DNA of 64,000 bases, taken from IMG/VR virus record IMGVR_UViG_3300030616_000820. The stretch is one strand, 5' to 3'. Shown here in pieces: positions 46,874-55,884 of the stretch. Every line of letters starts with the position of its first letter. Position 1 is the first letter of the stretch. The notes beneath the pieces are model-generated. The model was not told the DNA's origin and did not search any database. It worked only from the letters and a program-made list of their open reading frames with translations. Source of the DNA: an uncultured virus (IMG/VR IMGVR_UViG_3300030616_000820). Its lineage: Duplodnaviria; Heunggongvirae; Uroviricota; Caudoviricetes. The translations under genes were made by a program, and so were the position numbers.

Positions 46874-48395
46874 AAGGTCATTAATTATTGTAAGTACACA
46901 AATTCTTATTCGTTTTTTTGGTTGGATAGGATTATTTGTGTTAGCAAAATTATGGGGAGGTTTTGCACCTGAAGCACTTGGAACAATAGGTTTTGCTATG
47001 GCTTTTGTTGCTTTATTTACATTTATTGGTGATTTGGGTTTTTCTGCTGCACATATAAAAAGAATTTCAGAAGGCAAAGACTTAGGTGAATGTGTTGGAA
47101 CTTATTTTACAGTTAAATTTTTACTTGTTGGATTAATGTCATTAATACTTATTATATCAGTTCTTTTGGTTGAACATGACCCATTAATAAATACAGTTAT
47201 TTGGATTTTTATTGCATATTATATATTTACAAGTCTTTTACAGATACCCATATCTACATTTGAAGCAACAAAAAAGATAGTTAAAAGACAAATAACACTG
47301 ATAACAGAGAATTTAGTTAAAGTCCCTTTGTTTATTACTGTGGTTGTTATTGGTAGTGGATTGGTGGCATATTCTGTTGATAATGATAACTTGATTATAT
47401 TATTATCATCATCTTATGTATTAGGTATAATGTCTACTTTTATGGTTGGTCTTTGGTTGTTTAGAAAATATCCAATTAAAAAACCAAAGTGGTCGTTATT
47501 TAAAAGTTATTTTTCTTTTGCTTTGCCAGTAATGATGTTATCTCTTGTATCTGCTTTTTCTGTCAATACCGACAAAATAATGATAGGTTATTTTTGGGAT
47601 ACTATTGAAGTTGGATATTATTTTACTATGAAACAAATAACACATATCTTTCTTATATTATCTGGGTCAATTGGTATTGTTCTTTTTCCGACATTATCTA
47701 ATTATCATTCAAATAGCAATTATGAAAAAATAAGAAATACAACACATCTTGCAGAAAGATATATTTCTATGGTTTTAATTCCAATAGTAATTATTGTGGT
47801 AATATTTTCAAAAACAATAATAAATGTAATGTTAAATAATTCTTTTATCCCAGCATCTTCAGTTTTAATTGCTTTGATGATTCTTTGTTTTATAAGTAGC
47901 ATATCTGTTCCATATACTTGTCTTATTACAGGGATAAATAAACCTAGCATTGCTGCAAAGATAGGTGCTTTAATATGCTTTACAAATATAGGTTTAAATT
48001 TTTTATTGATACCCAAAGATGGTTTATTATCATATGTTGGAATTAATGGTGCATTGGCTGCTGCTATTGCAACTATTTTAGCCAATACTATTGGTTTTTT
48101 TGGTCTTAGGTTTTATGCAAAAAAGTTGACAGATATACATATTTTTAATAAACATATATTTCTGCAGTTGTTTGCTGGTTTTATTATGTTTTGCTTTCTT
48201 TTTGTTTTTAATTGGAAATTGTATATTATGTCTTGGTATGGTCTGTTTTTATTTTCATTTTTTGGTTTAATTATTTATTTATCAATATTATTTATTATAA
48301 AAGAATTTAGAAAAGAAGACTTTAATTTTTTCTTAGATTTGTTTCATCCTAAAGAGATGATTAAATATGTATCAGGAGAGATAAAAAACAAATGA
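46863..48395 (+). CDS. Flippase (Wzx/MOP superfamily, AglR-like)
   Basis: About 14 TM segments; DLGF, TDKIMIGYF, VGYY, LFPTLS, GALAAAIAT. Confidence 0.9.
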   Translation: MIARRSLIIVSTQILIRFFGWIGLFVLAKLWGGFAPEALGTIGFAMAFVALFTFIGDLGFSAAHIKRISEGKDLGECVGTYFTVKFLLVGLMSLILIISVLLVEHDPLINTVIWIFIAYYIFTSLLQIPISTFEATKKIVKRQITLITENLVKVPLFITVVVIGSGLVAYSVDNDNLIILLSSSYVLGIMSTFMVGLWLFRKYPIKKPKWSLFKSYFSFALPVMMLSLVSAFSVNTDKIMIGYFWDTIEVGYYFTMKQITHIFLILSGSIGIVLFPTLSNYHSNSNYEKIRNTTHLAERYISMVLIPIVIIVVIFSKTIINVMLNNSFIPASSVLIALMILCFISSISVPYTCLITGINKPSIAAKIGALICFTNIGLNFLLIPKDGLLSYVGINGALAAAIATILANTIGFFGLRFYAKKLTDIHIFNKHIFLQLFAGFIMFCFLFVFNWKLYIMSWYGLFLFSFFGLIIYLSILFIIKEFRKEDFNFFLDLFHPKEMIKYVSGEIKNK

Positions 48396-49267
48396 AATAT
48401 TATGTAGAACAATTTCCATTAGTATTTGAAAATAATCTATATAAATTAGATGGTAATGGTGTTCTTTTAACAAAAATACCATATAGCCAACAATATTATC
48501 CAAGTTTAGAATATATAACAGTGTATGCTTTAGAAAATATAGAAAATTATATGGATATAGATTGTAGGACTAAATTTTTAAATCAAGTTAATTGGCTTAT
48601 TAATAATATAAACGATAATGGTGTTTGGAAACAAAGATTTAAATTACCTTATTATAACTTTGAAGAATCTTGGATAAGTGGTATGGGGCAAGGCCTTGCT
48701 TTATCTGTATTAATTAGGGCATATCAAGTAACTGCAGATAATAAATATTTAAAAATTGCAAAACAAGCATTTAAACCATTTACAAAAAGAATCAAAGAAG
48801 GTGGAATATTATATATAGATTCAAAAAAGGATATTTGGATTGAAGAATGTTCTGTTTATCCACCACCACATACATTAAATACTTTTATTTATGCATTGTT
48901 TGGAATTTATGATTTATATAAAATAACAGGTAATGAAGAAGCAAAAGACCTATGGTTTGATGGTATAGAAACACTTAAAAAACATATTAAAAGATATGAT
49001 ACAGGTTATTGGTCTTATCATAATTTGTTAACAATGCATCCTGCAGAACAAATATTTCATGAAATACACATAGAACAATTAAATGCATTATATAAACTTA
49101 CAGAACATAAAATATTTAGGAAATATTCAGAAAAATTTCAGGAGTATTTAAATAAATCATCTTACATATACAAAGCGAAGGTAAAGAGAGGAATCGTTCA
49201 TTTTAAAACACATGGAACGATAGGTTTAGTTAAAAGATATATTGAAAAAAGAAGGTGGGAAGATTAA
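48392..49267 (+). CDS. D-glucuronyl C5-epimerase family protein
   Basis: WISGMGQG-x-ALS-x-L-x-RAY, WIEE, LN-x-FIYALFGIYD, YDTGYWS, H-x-x-H-x-EQL. Confidence 0.85.
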   Translation: MKYYVEQFPLVFENNLYKLDGNGVLLTKIPYSQQYYPSLEYITVYALENIENYMDIDCRTKFLNQVNWLINNINDNGVWKQRFKLPYYNFEESWISGMGQGLALSVLIRAYQVTADNKYLKIAKQAFKPFTKRIKEGGILYIDSKKDIWIEECSVYPPPHTLNTFIYALFGIYDLYKITGNEEAKDLWFDGIETLKKHIKRYDTGYWSYHNLLTMHPAEQIFHEIHIEQLNALYKLTEHKIFRKYSEKFQEYLNKSSYIYKAKVKRGIVHFKTHGTIGLVKRYIEKRRWED

Positions 49268-50141
49268 AAAGAAATTAAGGTTTGGTGGAATTTCCTTTGG
49301 TGGAAATTATCCACATGTGATTATATTTGGCAAAAAATACAAGACTGTTTTTGGTAGAGATAGAAAAAATAATGACTATAGGTTTGAAGTTAAAAAGAAA
49401 ACAAGGTGGGATTTTTTTTTAAAATACTTTTATTTTTTGTTTCCATTAATAGATGTTTTACAATATGTAACTTATAACCCACCACAATCAGTAAGTCATG
49501 CAGTTAAACCAGCAGTAGAAAAAACAGCAGAGGTTTCAGAGAGTATGGGTGGTTTTTATATTTCAGCTATTGGTGTGTTATTGGTAACTTTGCTATATAT
49601 GTTAACTTTCTTTTATCTTTATTATTACTTAATATTTAGAGGAGTTAGAACTTGGCATGGAACAGAGCATAAAGTAATAAGTGCAGCAGAAGAAAATGAT
49701 ATAGAGAATGCAAAAAAATATAATCCTATACATGAGAGATGTGGAGGAACACTACTGCCCACAATATTCCTTGGATATTTTATTTATATTTTTATTTATG
49801 CATATACAGGATTTCCCTTTGGAGAATTTACAATAGTTACTATACTTTTATTTTTAAATGTAAAGTTCTTTCATAAATATGACAAGTTTGGGATATGGTT
49901 TGGTAAAAAGTTTCAGAAGTATTTTTCCATTAGTGAACCAAGCGATTGGCAATTAAAAATTGGTCAGAAAGCAATGGGTAACTTGTTAAAGGCAGAAAAA
50001 GAAGAACAATATGAAACAGAAGGTAAAGTATTTGATATGAGCATAGGTAGAACAGGTAAGTTAACAAAGAAAGGATATATATTTCCAAGTATTCTTTTGG
50101 TAATACTCATTATGGTTATACTTGATATGATGGTGATTTAA
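49242..50141 (+). CDS. DUF1385 membrane protein
   Basis: GG at N-terminus, WHGTEHKVI, HERCG, Q-x-x-x-x-x-x-EP. Confidence 0.8.
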   Translation: MKKEGGKIKKKLRFGGISFGGNYPHVIIFGKKYKTVFGRDRKNNDYRFEVKKKTRWDFFLKYFYFLFPLIDVLQYVTYNPPQSVSHAVKPAVEKTAEVSESMGGFYISAIGVLLVTLLYMLTFFYLYYYLIFRGVRTWHGTEHKVISAAEENDIENAKKYNPIHERCGGTLLPTIFLGYFIYIFIYAYTGFPFGEFTIVTILLFLNVKFFHKYDKFGIWFGKKFQKYFSISEPSDWQLKIGQKAMGNLLKAEKEEQYETEGKVFDMSIGRTGKLTKKGYIFPSILLVILIMVILDMMVI

Positions 50142-50657
50142 ATGTCTGATTTATTTTATCTAAGAATAATATTAGCAATCATTTGGCTATCTGTTGCATC
50201 ATATCAAGACATTAAAACAAGATTGATACATAATTATATTTGGTATGCAATGTTTGGTTGGGGATTTCTGTTTTTACTTCTTGATATTTTTAATGATGAA
50301 ATTGAACTGGTAGGTATCTTTTTTATACTTATATTAATAATAGTATCAATAATAATATATAATGTATTTAATAAAGTTCAACCAGAATCCTTTGGTGGTG
50401 CAGATTTAAAAGCATTTATTTGTATTGCAATATTTTTACCAATACCATTTATTTTTGGTATGTTTCCGTTTTCATATCTTGTTATAGTTATTGCAGAATT
50501 GTTTGCATTTGCTTGGTATTTTCCTCAAGCAGTTAAATTACCAAAAGATGAATGGAATACAATAAAATTCCCACTTATCCCATTTTTACTTTTTGGTGTT
50601 TTATTTACATTTGGGGTTTGTTTATTAGAAATTAATGGAGGTGGACTATGGATTTAA
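50142..50657 (+). CDS. Prepilin peptidase (A24; PibD/FlaK-like)
   Basis: ASYQDIKTR and FGGADLK catalytic aspartates; PLIPFL; multi-TM. Confidence 0.88.
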   Translation: MSDLFYLRIILAIIWLSVASYQDIKTRLIHNYIWYAMFGWGFLFLLLDIFNDEIELVGIFFILILIIVSIIIYNVFNKVQPESFGGADLKAFICIAIFLPIPFIFGMFPFSYLVIVIAELFAFAWYFPQAVKLPKDEWNTIKFPLIPFLLFGVLFTFGVCLLEINGGGLWI

Positions 50658-50914
50658 AAACTCAAATAAAATTGGTTGGGAGCTCTTTAATAACTTCTCT
50701 TGGCTTTATATCAATCGTCTTTTTCTTTTGTATAATAATGCCAACATTAGATGGATTGATGTTAGGGGTCATAACTGGTTTATTGTTTGTAGCTTCAATT
50801 ATATTATTTGTATACCCTATTTTATTTAGAGAATATATAGAACAATATTGGAAAGAATATGAAAATAAAAATATGCAAAACAGTTCTAAGTCAGACGATG
50901 GGTTTGATGTTTAG
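50648..50914 (+). CDS. Small membrane protein
   Basis: GGAGGTG RBS; two TM segments. Confidence 0.6.
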   Translation: MDLKTQIKLVGSSLITSLGFISIVFFFCIIMPTLDGLMLGVITGLLFVASIILFVYPILFREYIEQYWKEYENKNMQNSSKSDDGFDV

Positions 50915-51179
50915 TAGACGTAAAAACTTATTGTTTATATTAGAAGAACCAATGTATATGGATTTACACATGTTATTTGTGTTTTTCCCAGTAGATGCAT
51001 TATATTTAGATAAAAATATGAAGATAATGGAAATTAAACATATGAAGCCGTTTAGGCTACTGTACAAAGCAAAAACTAAGGCAAGCTATGTATTAGAACT
51101 TGCAGAATTACATAAGTTTAGAATTGGCGATAAGGTGGTTATAAAGAAAAATGAAATCTACAAAGAGAAAGCATGTTAG
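50859..51179 (+). CDS. DUF192 family protein
   Basis: GLMF, HMLFVFFPVD-x-x-YLD, YVLEL. Confidence 0.85.
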   Translation: MKIKICKTVLSQTMGLMFSRRKNLLFILEEPMYMDLHMLFVFFPVDALYLDKNMKIMEIKHMKPFRLLYKAKTKASYVLELAELHKFRIGDKVVIKKNEIYKEKAC

Positions 51180-51334
51180 AAGATGTGGGGAAGGATGTAC
51201 ATATTTTAAAAAATATGGAAAAGATAAATGGGGGTATTGTATTTTAAAAAAAGAGCAAAGGTCGAGGTTTGCACATGGATGTGAAGAATTTAAAAAAAAC
51301 CAAAACAAATAAAAAACCTTTACTTATACATATA

Positions 51335-51415
51335 ACTAAAGGATTGTTGATAAGGAGTGGATAGGATATGAGTAACATTACTAAAGGATTTAATACTGAA
51401 ATTACTAAAGGATTT
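51335..51415 (+). repeat. Three copies of ACTAAAGGATT spanning the recombinase start
   Basis: At 51335 (upstream, non-coding), 51380 and 51404; the last two extend to ATTACTAAAGGATTT. Confidence 0.8.
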
Positions 51416-52006
51416 TCTGAAAAACCAATTGTTACTTATTCTCAACATCGGGACCGATATGATAATTTAATTGGTGTTCGGATTTTGAGACCTTGGGAAA
51501 TTAAATCATTAATTAAAGCAATACCAAAAAAATATAGTAAAACGCAATTTGAATTTTTATTTTATACTGGTATGAGATATGTCGAAGCAGAAGCAATAAA
51601 AGAAAGACAAGACCTTTTTGATGGAGAAAATATACATTTAACACCTGATTTAATAAAAAAACCTAAATGTACAATTAAAGACAGATATGTTAAACTAAAT
51701 CCAGTTGGTAGAAGAGTTACCGAAGAATATTTTAAATTAGAAAAAGAATTGCCACATTGGAATACTTGGCGAGAGAATTTAAGACGTTGGGCATTAACTG
51801 CAAAAATAGATAATTCTTATTTGTCTGTTAAAACAACCAGAAAGACTTGGGAAAGTTATTTGGTTTTTACATATCCAAATTTAAGAGATGCAATATTTAT
51901 AAGTCAGGGACATACAGAATTAACAGCATTAAAAAATTATATTAATTTGCCTTTTTCACAGAAGAATAAAGATAATATGATAAATTATGTTGTGGGGTGG
52001 AGTTAA
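51368..52006 (+). CDS. Tyrosine recombinase, catalytic domain only
   Basis: YTGMRYVE (R), KTTRKT (K-x-x-R), QGHT and catalytic Tyr in LKNY; no N-terminal core-binding domain. Confidence 0.85.
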   Translation: MSNITKGFNTEITKGFSEKPIVTYSQHRDRYDNLIGVRILRPWEIKSLIKAIPKKYSKTQFEFLFYTGMRYVEAEAIKERQDLFDGENIHLTPDLIKKPKCTIKDRYVKLNPVGRRVTEEYFKLEKELPHWNTWRENLRRWALTAKIDNSYLSVKTTRKTWESYLVFTYPNLRDAIFISQGHTELTALKNYINLPFSQKNKDNMINYVVGWS

Positions 52007-52201
52007 ATTAAAGTTAAAGTAACATGCAAAAATTGTAACAAACAGTTTTATCGGACAATTAGTAGGTCAGAAAAAAATAGATATAACTTTTGTTGTAGAA
52101 ATTGTTATTATGAATATAAATCTAAAAACCCAAAACAATTTATAACTGTTCATAGAACAAATCATTATAAAAAATTATTAAGTTTATCAAAAAGTAAATA
52201 A
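52007..52201 (+). CDS. TRASH-like Zn-finger protein (probable ATT start)
   Basis: IKVKVTCKNC...FCCRNCY; in frame directly after the recombinase stop; resembles 6394..6645; not in ORF track. Confidence 0.55.
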   Translation: MKVKVTCKNCNKQFYRTISRSEKNRYNFCCRNCYYEYKSKNPKQFITVHRTNHYKKLLSLSKSK

Positions 52202-52287
52202 TATATGTGGCGAAAGGGAAACAAAAGATATCCATATTTCATATTTCTCAACTCTGTTCTCTTGTTTCCCCGCCATTACATATATTA
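52199..52287. other. Long imperfect hairpin
   Basis: TAATATATGT/ACATATATTA, GGCG/CGCC and GGGAAACAA/TTGTTTCCC arms. Confidence 0.6.
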
Positions 52288-52321
52288 AAAAAAACAAAAA
52301 TAATTTAAAGACTAAAAATAT

Positions 52322-52588
52322 TTGTATCTTGAAGGTGGAAAACTGGAATCAAAGGATATAGAGATAGAAAAAGTTAAACTCAAATATGAAAAACTTAAAC
52401 TTCAAAATATGAGGTTGGAAGATAGAGTGGCTAAAACAGAAAAAATTCTGTTAAAAACATTGAATTTAATAGACATAATTGATAGAGAGATGGGTCCTGT
52501 ATATATGAAATATCTTTCAGAAGAACAAATTAAAAAGTTTGATGAAGAAAGAAAGAAGTTAGAATTAAATGAAGTTATGTACAAATAA
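52322..52588 (+). CDS. Coiled-coil hypothetical protein
   Basis: Heptad-like K/E/L pattern; downstream of a promoter-like motif at 52282. Confidence 0.55.
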   Translation: MYLEGGKLESKDIEIEKVKLKYEKLKLQNMRLEDRVAKTEKILLKTLNLIDIIDREMGPVYMKYLSEEQIKKFDEERKKLELNEVMYK

Positions 52589-52603
52589 AGGAAAGGAAAT
52601 TAA

Positions 52604-53911
52604 ATGCAAAATAAGGTATGGACAGAGAAGTTCAGACCTAAAACATTAGACGATGTAATAGGTCAAGAACATGCAGTTAAATTTTTGAAGGCTTTTGTTA
52701 AACAGGGAAATATACCAAACATGTTATTTGCTGGGCAACCTGGTACAGGTAAAACTGCTTCAGCAATTGCATTATGTAGAGATTTTTATGGCAAAAAGTG
52801 GAGAGATTATTATTTTGAAGTTAATGCAAGTGATGAATCTAGAGTTGAGTTTATGAGAACAAAAATAAAGGAGATAGCCGGAATTCCATTATTTGACCAA
52901 GGGTTTAAAGTGATTTTCATGGATGAAGCGGATTATCTTTGTCTTGGTGAAAATACAAATATTATAACTGGTTGGAATACAAATCAACAAATAACAAACA
53001 TAAAAGACATATCAACAAATAGATATATTTCTATGCCTTCATTAAATTTAAAAACAAAAAAAATAGAAAAAGACATGGGAAAACGAATTAACCCAAATAA
53101 AAAAGAACTTTTTAGTGTTGAGCTAGAAGATGGTAGAAAAATAGAATGTAGTAAAGACCATAAATTTTTTGTTAAAAAAAATAATAAATTAAAAGAAAAA
53201 AAGTTATCAGAATTAAAAGAAGGAGAAGAAATTATAGATTGTTTTGATGATTTAAATATTAATAGATGTGAAGTATGTGGTAGAATTACGGTAAGAAAAA
53301 GATTTTGTAGTTATAGGTGTGCAAACAAAGGACATAGTATTGATATAAGTGGCAAAAACAATCCTTGGTATGGCAAGTCTTGGAATAAAGGAAAAACAAA
53401 AGAAGATGATATAAGAATTGCTAAACAAGCATGCTATGATAAAAAAAATGGTAATTATGGAGGAACATGGCATGGAGAACGTTTTTGGGATATTGCAACA
53501 GACAAAGAAAAACAAGAGTTTAAAAAAAAGTTATCTTTAAGACTTAAAGGAAAAACATTTAAAGAATTGTTTGGAGAAAATGAATTAATAGAACGAGCAA
53601 AAAGAATTAGTAGAAAACAAGAAGATTATAGTAAAAACATAATTAAAATAGCAACAGAAATATGGATAGAAGATAAATTAGAAAATAAAAAATATGTCAA
53701 TTGTGAGTTATGTAATAAGAAATTAAAAATTGGTGGTCATGGAAAAAATAATTTAATAATACATCATAAAGACGGAAATCATAATAATCATATACCAGAA
53801 AATTTAATGTTTGTTTGTCCAAAATGTCATAATTTTAAATGTCATAATGTAAAAGAAAACTTTTTGGAAAAAGGATGGAAAATAACACATAGAAAGAAGG
53901 TGTTAGAATGA
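52604..53911 (+). CDS. rfcS: RFC small subunit N-extein + intein N-part + HNH endonuclease
   Basis: WTEKFRP, GQPGTGKT, NASD, DEADYL; then intein block A CLGENT (Cys at 52940), block B IECSKDHKF, NUMOD3-like repeats and HNH (HHKDGNHNN...NL...CPKCH). Confidence 0.92.
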   Translation: MQNKVWTEKFRPKTLDDVIGQEHAVKFLKAFVKQGNIPNMLFAGQPGTGKTASAIALCRDFYGKKWRDYYFEVNASDESRVEFMRTKIKEIAGIPLFDQGFKVIFMDEADYLCLGENTNIITGWNTNQQITNIKDISTNRYISMPSLNLKTKKIEKDMGKRINPNKKELFSVELEDGRKIECSKDHKFFVKKNNKLKEKKLSELKEGEEIIDCFDDLNINRCEVCGRITVRKRFCSYRCANKGHSIDISGKNNPWYGKSWNKGKTKEDDIRIAKQACYDKKNGNYGGTWHGERFWDIATDKEKQEFKKKLSLRLKGKTFKELFGENELIERAKRISRKQEDYSKNIIKIATEIWIEDKLENKKYVNCELCNKKLKIGGHGKNNLIIHHKDGNHNNHIPENLMFVCPKCHNFKCHNVKENFLEKGWKITHRKKVLE

Positions 53912-54021
53912 AAACAGCTACTATTAAATCTATTAAATCCATTGGAATTAAAAATACATATGATATAACAATGAAAAAAAATCATAATTTCTTTTTAGGA
54001 AATGGAATACTTACTCATAAT
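52940..54021 (+). mobile_element. Intein with HNH homing endonuclease, split over two ORFs
   Basis: Starts at Cys after DEADYL and ends HN|S at 54021 in the next ORF. Confidence 0.88.
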
Positions 54022-54648
54022 TCTTCTTCAAGCCAAGCAGTTTTAAGACGAGTAATTGAAAAATCATCAAAAAACTGTAGATTTATTTTTAGTTGTAATT
54101 ATCCAAATAAAATAATACCTGCAATATCTGACCGTTGTGTTGTATTTAGATTTAAAGCAATTAAAACTCAAGAAATGGCTATGTTGTTAAAAAAGATAGT
54201 TGCAAAAGAAAACATACCAATAACTCCTTCTGCAATACATACATTAGCATCACTTTCAAGAGGTTCAATGAGAAATGCATTAACAATTCTACAAACATTA
54301 AAACTTAGTGGAATAACTGAAATTACTGACAAAGAAATTTATGATATGACATATTGGGTTGATATGGATTACATAAAGAAATTACTTGGTTCTGCAAAAA
54401 TAGGTGATTTGGATAGTATAGATAAAAGAATTAATGACTTACTCTATGAAAAAGCATACTTACCTGAAGAAATATTAAATTTTATGGTTATAGTAATCAA
54501 AGAATCGGATATTAATAGGTCAATAAAATTAAATCTTCTTATGAAAATAGGTAGCATTGAATATTATATATCCCAAGGTGCAAATCCATATGTTCAATTA
54601 ATGTCATTTATGATGTATGTAACAAAACAACTAAGTGGAGGAAAATAA
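53908..54648 (+). CDS. rfcS: 38-aa intein C-part + RFC small subunit C-extein
   Basis: MKTATIKSI...TYDIT...HNFFLGNGILTHN|S, then QAVLRR, FIFSCNY, ISDRC (SRC-like) and GSMR. Confidence 0.92.
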   Translation: MKTATIKSIKSIGIKNTYDITMKKNHNFFLGNGILTHNSSSSQAVLRRVIEKSSKNCRFIFSCNYPNKIIPAISDRCVVFRFKAIKTQEMAMLLKKIVAKENIPITPSAIHTLASLSRGSMRNALTILQTLKLSGITEITDKEIYDMTYWVDMDYIKKLLGSAKIGDLDSIDKRINDLLYEKAYLPEEILNFMVIVIKESDINRSIKLNLLMKIGSIEYYISQGANPYVQLMSFMMYVTKQLSGGK

Positions 54649-54903
54649 TTGTTTAAGAGGAGAAGGTCTGAAATAGATATAATAAAAGATATATTATCAT
54701 TATCTGAAGGTGGAGCAAAACGAACTCATATAATTTATAAATGTAATATGAGTTTTACACAATTTAAAAGATACATTGAATTTCTGTCAAATAATAATTA
54801 TATAATAAGACAAAAGACAGATGGTAGAAAATATCATATAACAAAAGATGGCGAACACTTTTTAAAAGATATTAATAAAATAACACATAGGTTTGAACAA
54901 TGA
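54649..54903 (+). CDS. Archaeal winged-helix transcription regulator
   Basis: RRSEIDII-x-DIL...KRTHIIYKCNMSF...YHITKDG. Confidence 0.85.
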   Translation: MFKRRRSEIDIIKDILSLSEGGAKRTHIIYKCNMSFTQFKRYIEFLSNNNYIIRQKTDGRKYHITKDGEHFLKDINKITHRFEQ

Positions 54904-55172
54904 AAAAATTAACAAGAGCAGATTGGATTGCAATTATAATATTTTTAGTTTCAATGAATATTATTAGTCTTTGGACTATTGATATATCACTATCTGCTGT
55001 GCTATTACCACAAGAGTATAAAGTAATGTTAACAAATGGTTGGAGAAATTCTGACCCTATGTTAATGTATCATTTATCCCTTTATTTAGCAATGGTTACT
55101 TTATTAATTTTATCTTTCATTTGTGTTAAATTTATTCTTGGTGAAGTAAAATATGACAAACGCAATAACTAA
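54900..55172 (+). CDS. Small membrane protein
   Basis: Two TM segments. Confidence 0.6.
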   Translation: MKKLTRADWIAIIIFLVSMNIISLWTIDISLSAVLLPQEYKVMLTNGWRNSDPMLMYHLSLYLAMVTLLILSFICVKFILGEVKYDKRNN

Positions 55173-55878
55173 TGGTATAAGTCAAAGTCAAATTAATCTA
55201 TACAGAAGTTGCCCATATGCATACAAATTAAAATATGTTGATGGATTAGAACCAATGATGTTTACAAGGGATTTTTTAGACATTGGAAAATATATTCATG
55301 ATGCAATAGAGGTATACTATAAAAATTTGTATGATACAGATACCAACCCCGAATCAATCTATAAATCAACATATTCTGTTTTAAGGGAGAACTGGGACCA
55401 TACATTATTGCCAGAGTATTTAAAAAAGGCAAATATATGTTTACAGAACTTTGGTTTGTTAGAATATGAAAATATGCAGGAAAATAAAACAGAACCAGAA
55501 TCAGAAGGTAATTATACATATGATGATTTTAGGGCAAAGTTAGATTATTTTAGAAGAATTCCATTGTTAATTGGTGATTTTAAATCATCAACAAAGCCAA
55601 TAGTATATTATGATTATAAAATACAAGCTGCAGTTTATCTATATGTTATGAGGCATAAATTAGATTTAGATATTGATGATTTTTATTTTTGGTATTTATA
55701 TCCAAATATAGTAAAGAAAGTCAAATGGGATGATTTACAAAAGGTTTTGGAAGATGCAAAAAAATATAGAGATGAAATAAAAGATGCTTTTGATAGTATG
55801 GAATTTAAAAAGAAACCTAGAACAAAAAGCACTTGTAAATATTGCGATTATAAATATTATTGTGTAAGAGGTTTTTAA
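55153..55878 (+). CDS. PD-(D/E)XK RecB/Cas4-like exonuclease
   Basis: SQSQINLYRSCP, G-x-x-IH, KLD, DFKS, QAAVY, C-x-x-C-x-x-x-x-x-C Fe-S staple. Confidence 0.88.
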   Translation: MTNAITNGISQSQINLYRSCPYAYKLKYVDGLEPMMFTRDFLDIGKYIHDAIEVYYKNLYDTDTNPESIYKSTYSVLRENWDHTLLPEYLKKANICLQNFGLLEYENMQENKTEPESEGNYTYDDFRAKLDYFRRIPLLIGDFKSSTKPIVYYDYKIQAAVYLYVMRHKLDLDIDDFYFWYLYPNIVKKVKWDDLQKVLEDAKKYRDEIKDAFDSMEFKKKPRTKSTCKYCDYKYYCVRGF

Positions 55879-55884
55879 ATCTCT

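Noticed and set aside
55153..55878. Cas4-like gene as part of a CRISPR-Cas system
   Set aside because: No cas1, cas2 or array in the window; solo Cas4/RecB-like nucleases are common in archaeal viruses
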